A stretch of DNA of 64,000 bases from Actinomycetes bacterium (GTDB lineage Bacteria; Actinomycetota; Acidimicrobiia; Acidimicrobiales; Bog-793). This document shows positions 19,990 to 28,194 of the stretch, in pieces. Every line of letters begins with the position of its first letter. Position 1 is the stretch's first letter. Made by a program: the position numbers and the translations under genes. The notes beneath the pieces are model-generated. The model searched no databases and had not been told where the DNA came from. It was given only the letters and a program-made list of their open reading frames with translations. The DNA lies in assembly GCA_021796535.1 (NCBI GenBank), contig JAKABW010000008.1:5707-69706 (forward strand), given 5' to 3'.

Positions 19990-20021
19990 ACAAGTTCTCA
20001 TACAACAAAAGGAATAACGAC

Positions 20022-21605
20022 ATGACAGAAGCGACAGATAACGCAACCGTTGCCGATTTTGTAAACCCCATCCACTCCAGACGCCAGGTCCGACTGATTA
20101 TTTTGGCCCTCATGACGGGAATGCTCTTGGCGGCCCTTGATCAAACCATCGTGGCCACGGCGTTGCCGACCATAGTGGCCGACCTGCACGGGGCTTCGCA
20201 CCTCAGCTGGGTTGTGACGGCATACCTGCTTGCCACTACGGTATCGGCTCCCATCTGGGGAAAGCTGGGTGACTTATACGGCCGAAAAGGCTTTTTTCAA
20301 ATATCCATAGTTATTTTCTTGATAGGTTCGGCACTGTCGGGCCTCAGCACCTCGATGATCGAACTCATCCTCTTTAGGGCGGTCCAGGGACTCGGTTCCG
20401 GCGGACTTATCATAGGAGCCACCGCCATCATAGGTGACGTGGCAAGCCCCAGAGAGCGCGGCAAATACCAGGGTCTCTTTGGTGCCGTATTCGGTTTGGC
20501 GAGCATCATCGGACCGCTCCTCGGAGGGGTCTGCGTGGAACACCTCTCCTGGAGATGGATATTTTATATCAACGTCCCCGTGGGAGCCGTGGCGCTGACA
20601 ATCATTGCCAAACAGGTGCCGAAAAAACTTACAAAAATGCACCACACCATCGACTACTTGGGAACTGTCCTTATCGCACTGGCCGCCACCGGAATGGTGC
20701 TTTACACAAGTCTTGGCGGAGTCACCTACTCTTGGACCGACCCGCTGATGCTGGCCGTTATTGCCGGAAGTATCGTGCTTGCCGGTGTATTTGTCGCAGC
20801 CGAAAGAAAAGCCAAAGAACCCGTGTTGCCCCTGCACCTCTTTTCCAATAAGACGTTTGCGGTGGGAAGCAGCGTCAGCTTTTTGTTGGGCTTGGCCATG
20901 TTTGGCTCGATAGTTTATCTGCCCCTTTACTTCCAAGACGCCAGAGGCGCTTCTCCGGTAATCTCCGGACTTGACCTCTTGCCCATGCTGGTAGGTCTGG
21001 TTATGGCTTCCGTGGGCGCCGGCCAGCTGATAGTAAAAACAGGCAAATACCGCATGTACCCAATAATCGGTACGTTCCTTATGTCAATAGGAATGACCCT
21101 GTTTACCTTGATAAAACTGGATTCTTCTACATTTGCCATTGACTCCTATATGTTTGTATTCGGCCTGGGGCTCGGCATGACTTTGCAGGTTGTCATTCTG
21201 GCGGTACAAAATGCCGTTCCCCATCAGGAATTGGGGGCTGCCACCTCCGGGGCGACTTTCTTCAGATCAATAGGCGGTTCATTCGGCACGGCGATTTTCG
21301 GAGCAATATTTTCGAATATAGTGGCCACTAAACTTATTCATGATATGCCCAAACAGCAGATATCCCCGGCTGTGGCCAACGGAAACATAACGCCCGCAGC
21401 GTTAAGCCACATGCCGACAGCCATCCGCTTGGGAATCGCCGATGCCTACAGTTCGAGCATGCATGTTGTTTTTGAAATTGCCATTCCTCTTACGGTTCTG
21501 GCATTCGTCATGGCCCTCTTCCTTCCGGAAATCGAGCTGAGAAAACACACCGGGCACAAGTCGCCGGACGAAAGCAAAGACATGGCTCTTGAGACAATTA
21601 TCTGA
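20022..21605 (+). CDS. MFS transporter, DHA2 (EmrB/QacA-like) family
   Basis: LDQTIVATALPTI and GKLGDLYGRK motifs with about 14 TMS. The start is at ATG 20022 (MTEATDN), downstream of the TetR stop. Confidence 0.85.
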   Translation: MTEATDNATVADFVNPIHSRRQVRLIILALMTGMLLAALDQTIVATALPTIVADLHGASHLSWVVTAYLLATTVSAPIWGKLGDLYGRKGFFQISIVIFLIGSALSGLSTSMIELILFRAVQGLGSGGLIIGATAIIGDVASPRERGKYQGLFGAVFGLASIIGPLLGGVCVEHLSWRWIFYINVPVGAVALTIIAKQVPKKLTKMHHTIDYLGTVLIALAATGMVLYTSLGGVTYSWTDPLMLAVIAGSIVLAGVFVAAERKAKEPVLPLHLFSNKTFAVGSSVSFLLGLAMFGSIVYLPLYFQDARGASPVISGLDLLPMLVGLVMASVGAGQLIVKTGKYRMYPIIGTFLMSIGMTLFTLIKLDSSTFAIDSYMFVFGLGLGMTLQVVILAVQNAVPHQELGAATSGATFFRSIGGSFGTAIFGAIFSNIVATKLIHDMPKQQISPAVANGNITPAALSHMPTAIRLGIADAYSSSMHVVFEIAIPLTVLAFVMALFLPEIELRKHTGHKSPDESKDMALETII

Positions 21606-21658
21606 GCGAAATATGATTCCGAGCAAACATTTACTTTTCCCCAAACGAAAGGCTTACA

Positions 21659-24013
21659 TTGACTAAATTTTTTGAAAAACTCGGTAAAGGCGTCGTTAAA
21701 TATCGCTACCTGGTTATCTTATTGTGGATCGCGGTCATTATCATATCTTCCAAGACACTACCCTCTCTGGGCAGTGAGGTAAACAACGACAACAGTCAAT
21801 TTCTGCCGGCTTCGGCGCCCAGTCAAAAAGCCAACACCCTGGCTTCCCCCATACTTGGAAACCCCAATGTCAATTCAGAAATTACCGTCGTCGCCTATGA
21901 CAACTCCGCCAAGCTGACGGCGGCGGATCTGGCGGCCGTCAAAAGAGAGGTGGGGCTTGCCGAATCGGTGCCGAATGTATTCAAAGCCAGAGTCCTGGCT
22001 CTCTCCCCCGACGGCCATGCTGTGCAAATAGCGGCAAGCGTTCATCTGAATCAGAGCGACATCACCGGCCAGACACAAGTAATAAACGACTTGCAGGCCA
22101 CGTTCCACAAAGCGGGCTCTCCGCCCGGATTGACCTTCAATCTGGCCGGCAATATCGCCACCAATGTGGCCAATCAGAATTCTTCGCAAAAAACAGGCAG
22201 TCAGACACAGCGCTTTTCCATCCTTTTCATCATCATCTTGTTGCTGATTATTTTCCGCTCTGTCTTGGCACCCATCATGACCCTGATACCGGCCGGCATA
22301 ACCCTCGTGGTTGCCAACCGTTTCATAGGCGGACTGGGTGCCCACGGATTACAGATCTCGGAAATAACGCAGTTGCTTCTCATCGTGCTTATCCTGGGAG
22401 CCGGTACCGACTACGGTCTGTTTCTGGTATTTAGGGTAAGAGAAGAAATGCTTGCCGGACATACCTCCCGAGAAGCAACTTCCAGAGCTTTGACAAGAGT
22501 CGGCGAATCCATAACGGCTTCCGCCGCCACGGTCATTATCGCACTGCTTTCCCTCCTGCTGGCCACATTCGGTATTTACCACGACTTGGGTATTCCTCTT
22601 GCCGTGGGAATCGGCGTTATGCTGATAGCCGGTCTTACCCTCCTTCCGGCTTTGTTGGCCGTTTGCGGCAAAGCTCTTTTCTGGCCAACCAACCTGAGCA
22701 AAAAAAACCTGGACCAACACAACGGCACCTGGGGGAAAATCGCCACCAAACTCGTACAAAAACCGGGCAAGACCCTTGTCGCGGGAATTGTCGTATTTGT
22801 GGCACTGGCCATGTCAGTTCTCAGTTACAGCTCCGGTGGTTTTGGCGGAGCCCTGAACGCCCCCACCGGTTCCGGGGTCGCCAAAGGAAACGCCGCTCTC
22901 CTGATACATTTTCCGCATTCCGGACTGAACCCCGCCAACATTATATTTTCCTTCGACAAGCCGGTATGGTCCGATCCGGCCGTGTTGTCTTCCATAAATA
23001 CGGATCTCACCCGAACGGGACAGTTCAAAGAATTGCTGAGTCCTCTTGACGCGAACGGCACGCAAATATCGACGGCCGAATATCGGAAACTGCATACGAT
23101 GCTGGGTGACCCCAAATTGCTTCCCACAGTGATGACACGTCCCGTTGCCGGAGTATCGCAACAGATGTACCAAGAGTACAGACAGACGACTCAGTTTGTC
23201 TCATCCGACGGCAAAGTCATACAGTTTGAGGCTTTGCTCACGGCAGGACCGCAACAGAGTACCTCGGCAATGAACGCCACGCCGGCAATAAGAAAAATCG
23301 TGACCTCGGTGGGAAGAAAAAACGGAGCAACCGCAGAAGGACTTACCGGCGAAGCGGCTGCCCTGTATGACGTATCCTCCACATCCAATCACGACCTGTT
23401 GACGATCATTCCGTTTGCCATCATAGCCATCGGCCTCCTGCTGGCCTTCGTCCTGAGAAGCGTTTTGGCACCGCTGTACTTAATCATCAGCGTGGCTCTT
23501 TCTTATCTGGCCTCGCTCGGCGTATCGACGATAGTATTCATTGACATCGGAAAATCCGGCGGCATCACATTCATCCTCCCGTTTTTGATGTTCATCTTCC
23601 TGCTCGCGCTGGGAGAAGACTACAACATACTCGTCATGACCAGGATCAGAGAAGAAGTTCACAACCACGATCTGAAAACAGCGGTTTCCAAGGCCGTCGG
23701 GCGAACAGGATCTACGGTTACCTCCGCAGGCCTGGTCTTGGCCGGAACCTTTGCCGTGCTTGCCATCGCCGGAGGAAGCGGGCCCAGCGGCAGTGAAATT
23801 CGTGAAATAGGTTTTGGTTTGGCAATAGGTATCCTCATGGATACCTTCCTGGTCCGTACACTTTTGGTACCTTCCATAGTGTCACTTTTGGGTAAGTGGA
23901 ACTGGTGGCCATCCAAGCTCTACAGCGAAGGCAACACCGAAACTTCCGACACCGAAAACTATCGGGACGGTGAAACGATCTCCGCCGGACCGCCGGAGAC
24001 GGTCTACAGATGA
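21659..24013 (+). CDS. MMPL family (RND superfamily) membrane transporter
   Basis: Two 6-TMS bundles with GTDYGLFLV and GEDYNILVM motifs and large extracytoplasmic loops. TTG start. Confidence 0.85.
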   Translation: MTKFFEKLGKGVVKYRYLVILLWIAVIIISSKTLPSLGSEVNNDNSQFLPASAPSQKANTLASPILGNPNVNSEITVVAYDNSAKLTAADLAAVKREVGLAESVPNVFKARVLALSPDGHAVQIAASVHLNQSDITGQTQVINDLQATFHKAGSPPGLTFNLAGNIATNVANQNSSQKTGSQTQRFSILFIIILLLIIFRSVLAPIMTLIPAGITLVVANRFIGGLGAHGLQISEITQLLLIVLILGAGTDYGLFLVFRVREEMLAGHTSREATSRALTRVGESITASAATVIIALLSLLLATFGIYHDLGIPLAVGIGVMLIAGLTLLPALLAVCGKALFWPTNLSKKNLDQHNGTWGKIATKLVQKPGKTLVAGIVVFVALAMSVLSYSSGGFGGALNAPTGSGVAKGNAALLIHFPHSGLNPANIIFSFDKPVWSDPAVLSSINTDLTRTGQFKELLSPLDANGTQISTAEYRKLHTMLGDPKLLPTVMTRPVAGVSQQMYQEYRQTTQFVSSDGKVIQFEALLTAGPQQSTSAMNATPAIRKIVTSVGRKNGATAEGLTGEAAALYDVSSTSNHDLLTIIPFAIIAIGLLLAFVLRSVLAPLYLIISVALSYLASLGVSTIVFIDIGKSGGITFILPFLMFIFLLALGEDYNILVMTRIREEVHNHDLKTAVSKAVGRTGSTVTSAGLVLAGTFAVLAIAGGSGPSGSEIREIGFGLAIGILMDTFLVRTLLVPSIVSLLGKWNWWPSKLYSEGNTETSDTENYRDGETISAGPPETVYR

Positions 24014-24130
24014 AACCCGGGGCATTGTCTAAGCAAGCCCTTGCGGGAAAGACGCCGTGCCCCGGAACAAAACTTATAACAAATATTTGGTCGGGACCGG
24101 CCGAGCGGCAACAAGAATCAGAGTTGTATG

Positions 24131-24703
24131 CTAAATGGCTTTTGCAGCTTTGATTTTGGGTTGCTGCTCGGACTCCGCAACCGACCATTCCGGCATGAGC
24201 TGTACTATTTTTGCGTCAACTTCATTTTGCAAGTTGCCCAAAGGCAGTATATTGAATACACTTTGCCCGTCCTGAATCAGATTGAGCAGTTCTTCCCCGT
24301 TCCTGATTAAAATAGTGGCGTCGGGACCTATCACAAGGTTCACACTGGTAAGAGATTGATTGGCGGCGTTCAGACACTGTATCGCTTTGCGCGCCGACCG
24401 CAGCTGGATACCGGCGTCAAGCAATTGTTTGATGACCCTGAGGCAAAGCAAATCGTTGTAGGAATACAGCCTGGCGCTGCCGCTACCTTTGGCGTCCGTC
24501 AAAGAAGGTTTGAGTAAATTTGTTCTCGCCCAATAGTCCAGTTGGCGGTAAGTAATACCGACGATCTGACATACCTGGGGACCGCGAAAACCGTTTAGAT
24601 CTTTGTCCGCAAGCTTATTCAATATAATCACCAACTTTATTCTGCTCCGCCCGTTTGCGCGTTTTTCCATACGCGGACGGCGTTCTGAAATATAATGTAG
24701 CAC
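24131..24703 (-). CDS. MerR family transcriptional regulator, the distal member of the gcvH-FHA-FtsR cluster
   Basis: HTH VCQIVGITYRQLDYWARTNLLKPS. Its position matches the conserved actinobacterial cluster. The start may be the internal Met at 24670. Confidence 0.75.
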   Translation of the reverse strand: MLHYISERRPRMEKRANGRSRIKLVIILNKLADKDLNGFRGPQVCQIVGITYRQLDYWARTNLLKPSLTDAKGSGSARLYSYNDLLCLRVIKQLLDAGIQLRSARKAIQCLNAANQSLTSVNLVIGPDATILIRNGEELLNLIQDGQSVFNILPLGNLQNEVDAKIVQLMPEWSVAESEQQPKIKAAKAI

Positions 24704-24829
24704 GGCAATTTACATTATGCAGGCATACTGAGGCATATATTCACGTCAGAGCATTTATGCCGACAGCCGCCTAAAACACGTTTCGCCTGTTTTGAGTCCA
24801 AATGGCATGGAAAAATTAAAACTGCCACT

Positions 24830-25327
24830 TTACAGGTCGTCAAAATCCTCGGGACTTACCTGGTCGAGAAAAGCACGAAACTGCCCCAGTATCTCTTCGC
24901 CGTCGTCGGGTTCGGTTTCCGATTCTATGGGAACCCCCGCTTGCTCCATCAATTCGTCGGCCACATACATCTGTGCGTTGCACCGGGCAGCCAGTGCGAT
25001 TGCATCTGAGGGACGGCATGAAAGGACTATTTCGCTTCCGTTGTTGACTCTGAGGTACATTTCCGCATAGTAAGTCTCGTCATGCTCTTCCGTGACGACA
25101 ATCTTTTCCAAGGCCGCCCCGAGAGAAGTTATGATGTCCACCATCAGGTCGTGGGACATCGGTCTGGGAACCGGTACGTGCTGCAGAGCCAAAGCTATCG
25201 CCGTCGCCTCCGGCGCTCCGATATAGACGGGCAATGCCCTTCTGGCATCCAGCTTCTCTTCCAATAAAATGACGGGTGTGTTTGAATTCAAATCCACCCT
25301 GACGGCAGCCAATCTCACTTCAAGCAT
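24830..25327 (-). CDS. Bifunctional nuclease family protein (DUF151)
   Basis: PVILLEE...RALPVYIG..EATAIALAL....PRPMSHDL is the DUF151 signature. I prefer the internal start at 25327 (MLEVRL). Confidence 0.8.
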   Translation of the reverse strand: MLEVRLAAVRVDLNSNTPVILLEEKLDARRALPVYIGAPEATAIALALQHVPVPRPMSHDLMVDIITSLGAALEKIVVTEEHDETYYAEMYLRVNNGSEIVLSCRPSDAIALAARCNAQMYVADELMEQAGVPIESETEPDDGEEILGQFRAFLDQVSPEDFDDL

Positions 25328-25490
25328 ATTAACCAGATTACTCAAATTGCAATACTTCCATGTCGGCGCAGGATGAAAATCTGAATTTTCCCGCAGGAAG
25401 GAGGTGGGTTGCCGCATAAAACTCATCAGAAAGTTTAGGCATTCCCGTCCGTCTCTAAAAAGCGGCCGGAAAACGGTTTATTTATTGCAG

Positions 25491-27059
25491 CTATTGGGTC
25501 TTGCCGCCCAAAACTTCGTCAATTTCTATGCGCAGGAAACAATCTTTCAATTCTTTGGCGAGCTGAGTCATAACCTCTATGTTGTCAAGAGCTTTTTTGC
25601 GCGACTCGGGATTGCGCTGACGCAAAAGCGGCACGATCGACTGCTGATACATGGAGGCTTCCCTTTCGGCTGCATGCTTCAAACTGCGCAAATGCCGCGG
25701 TCCTATGCCAAATTTAAGATAAGAGGCGGCCAAGGCGGCAACCCTGACGGCTTTCTCTTCGTATACGGATTCTCCGGCCACTCTCTTGGCAGATATAAGT
25801 CCGTATTCCAACAGTTCGGCAAATAACTGGGAGTCTATTTCGGCTTCTACAAGCAGTTCCTCCTTGGAGTACATGGTATGTGCCAAATCAAATTGGGGAT
25901 TTCCCCTTGTGGTTTTGACGGAATCGAGACCGACCTGATTTTCCGCCGGCTTGACGTCTGAGGCATGGTCCCGAACGGACAGAGAGTAACGTTCGGCGAG
26001 AGGCGCTATTTTTTGGTCGTCCTGCGGCTCCTTGTCGCTTTCCGAAAAAACGGCGGACCGGCGCAAACCGGCGTCGTCATCGCGGGATTCCGCCGGCTTG
26101 GCCGCTTGTCTCTGGGACGCATATCTGCCTTTATCGTTGGTGACCCCGTCAAAATGCTTCCGCTCCGACTGATCACTCACATAATCCTGTCCGGAAAAGG
26201 AAACGCCTGACGATACGGCGGGGAGTTCTTTTTTGTTTCCGGCTTCGCGTTCACGCGGAACGGCGCTCTCGGCACCGATAAACATCCCCACCGCTTTCGG
26301 CGCAACAAGGGAAGTGTCGTCACCCCGGATGCTTCCCTGGGGAGCGGCCGCGAGCTTTGACACCGTGACACCGGAAAGCGAAGAGACTTCCAACGCTACG
26401 CTGGCGGCTTTTACGGCGTACTTTTCTTCTTCAAGCAAACGAGTGCCCATCGCATGCCCCGCGTCGGAATTTGGTTTTGCCTCTTTTTGCCTGTCAAAGC
26501 CGTCGGTTCCCAAACTCCGTTCTCCGCCACGGTTTGCTTCCTCGACGGCGCCGTCGGCAAAGGCGGCCTTGCCGTTCAATCGGCGGGGGGTCCTGGATAT
26601 CAAAGATGTGACGTTTACCATCTCGGCGGCGGCAGCCGTGGTTTCAGGAAGGGTTTCGGCGGAGGAAAAGCTGCTTTTTAAAGAATCGGGCATACCGGTG
26701 CGCTCCGGAGTTGCGTGTCGGTTTGTGGATTCCGCAATTGGGATCTCTTCGTGTCCGACAAAAGAGAGGCTGAGCTGGGAGTGAATTTCCGGACCCGGTT
26801 GCCCTCCGTTGTCAAGCCTGAATTTGATCACGTCGAGCGGCAGATAATGCTCTCTTTGCAAAAGTAGAATCGACTTGAGTCTGTCGACGTCGGAACCGTA
26901 AAACCGTCTGTAACCCGAAGGGGTCCGTTCCGGAGAAATCAAGCCCTTGCTTTCCAGAAACCTTATTTTAGAAATGGTAACGTCGGGAAAGTCCTCTACG
27001 AGCAATTCCAACACTTCGCCGATAGAAAGATGCTGTCTTTTTGCCTGTTCCGCCGTCAA
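25491..27059 (-). CDS. MerR-family regulator, FtsR-like, with an internal low-complexity insertion of about 300 aa
   Basis: The N-terminal HTH is LSIGEVLELLVEDFPDVTISKIRFLESKGLISPERTPSGYRRF. The conserved C-terminal module is GPRHLRSLKHAAEREA. Its position is downstream of the FHA gene. Confidence 0.75.
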   Translation of the reverse strand: MTAEQAKRQHLSIGEVLELLVEDFPDVTISKIRFLESKGLISPERTPSGYRRFYGSDVDRLKSILLLQREHYLPLDVIKFRLDNGGQPGPEIHSQLSLSFVGHEEIPIAESTNRHATPERTGMPDSLKSSFSSAETLPETTAAAAEMVNVTSLISRTPRRLNGKAAFADGAVEEANRGGERSLGTDGFDRQKEAKPNSDAGHAMGTRLLEEEKYAVKAASVALEVSSLSGVTVSKLAAAPQGSIRGDDTSLVAPKAVGMFIGAESAVPREREAGNKKELPAVSSGVSFSGQDYVSDQSERKHFDGVTNDKGRYASQRQAAKPAESRDDDAGLRRSAVFSESDKEPQDDQKIAPLAERYSLSVRDHASDVKPAENQVGLDSVKTTRGNPQFDLAHTMYSKEELLVEAEIDSQLFAELLEYGLISAKRVAGESVYEEKAVRVAALAASYLKFGIGPRHLRSLKHAAEREASMYQQSIVPLLRQRNPESRKKALDNIEVMTQLAKELKDCFLRIEIDEVLGGKTQ

Positions 27060-27553
27060 TTGGGTTGTTGTGCCATATAGACCAATTTAAACTTGCCCAC
27101 CTGCACTTCTTCACCCCCCAAAAGCTCCGCTTCTTCTATTCTGTTCCTGTTGACATACGTACCGTTAAGCGATCCCACGTCTTTCAGGTAATAAGCGAAT
27201 TTTCCTCCGCCTTCGCGTCGTTCGACAACGGCATGGTTTCTGGAAACCGTAATGTCATCCAAAAATATGTCGCTGTCGGTCCTTCTTCCGATGGTGGTGA
27301 TTTCTTTGTCGATGGGATAATGAATAAGGACTTCATGCCCAATTTTTACCACCAAAACCGAGCCCTTGATGTCTGGGTTCAGCGCCAGCAGGGATTCCTC
27401 CGCCGCCGGGGGATCGTCAAAGGACATATCCGGCGCACATATCAATGTGTTGTCGGTCACCTTATTTAAAGCGGTGCCGCAGGATGAACAATAGTTGGCT
27501 TCCGCTGCGTTCAGATGTCCGCATAAAATACACTTTTTTGAGTTGTTGTCCAT
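27056..27553 (-). CDS. FHA-domain protein (GarA/OdhI-like) with an N-terminal zinc ribbon
   Basis: CILCGH-x12-CSSCG, followed by the FHA core TIGRRTDSDIFLDDITVSRNHA...GSLNGTYVN. Confidence 0.85.
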   Translation of the reverse strand: MDNNSKKCILCGHLNAAEANYCSSCGTALNKVTDNTLICAPDMSFDDPPAAEESLLALNPDIKGSVLVVKIGHEVLIHYPIDKEITTIGRRTDSDIFLDDITVSRNHAVVERREGGGKFAYYLKDVGSLNGTYVNRNRIEEAELLGGEEVQVGKFKLVYMAQQPN

Positions 27554-27563
27554 GGCGGATACC

Positions 27564-27956
27564 TCAGTTTTGTGTTATTGACGAGTAGTCTGCAGGGAAT
27601 AAAAATTTTTCCGAGTTAAGGGGGTCGCCGCTTTCTATCGTGCAGATCCACCCTTTGCCATAGGGATCCGAATTGATCAATTCTGGCGACCCGGAGAGTT
27701 CGCCGTTAACCGCCGTTACTTTACCGCTTATCGGTGAGTATACTTCGGAAACAGATTTTGTCGATTCCACTTCGGCTATCACGTCTCCCTCGCCGACAAC
27801 GGCACCGACGGTCGGCAATTCAACGAATACTATATCCCCAAGGGCACTTTGCGCAAAATCCGTTATACCCACGCGCACCAGGTTGTCGGCTTCCGGCAGC
27901 AACCATTCGTGATCTTTTGTATAGTACAAATTACTCGGAATGCTCATCCTATACAT
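27564..27956 (-). CDS. gcvH: Glycine cleavage system H protein
   Basis: YTKDHEW and VESTKSVSEVYSPISG (the lipoyl-lysine context). Confidence 0.9.
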   Translation of the reverse strand: MYRMSIPSNLYYTKDHEWLLPEADNLVRVGITDFAQSALGDIVFVELPTVGAVVGEGDVIAEVESTKSVSEVYSPISGKVTAVNGELSGSPELINSDPYGKGWICTIESGDPLNSEKFLFPADYSSITQN

Positions 27957-28194
27957 GCTACTTTACTGTTGATCGGATGTCATCTGGGATGGGTATTTTT
28001 TATTCCCGGAAACATATTTTTTCCCATCCGCAGACCATATATTTACATCTACATGTATATATACTTGCACCGGGCAAGCCTTTTTTGCCTCTGTCATGTC
28101 CGTACGTGAATATGCATGCGGCGGCTGCCGAAGTCGAAGGGAGCTTTGGCGGTCACATATCCAAGCTTTCCTGCCGGAGGATTTTCTTTTGCGA

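Noticed and set aside
27957-28194. A search for a glycine riboswitch upstream of gcvH, plus a 7-bp inverted repeat (GGATGGG at 27987-27993 and CCCATCC at 28023-28029).
   Set aside because: I cannot find the conserved glycine-riboswitch cores (GGAGAG...CACCGAAGGGGCAA-like). The inverted repeat has a 29-nt AT-rich loop and is too weak to call.
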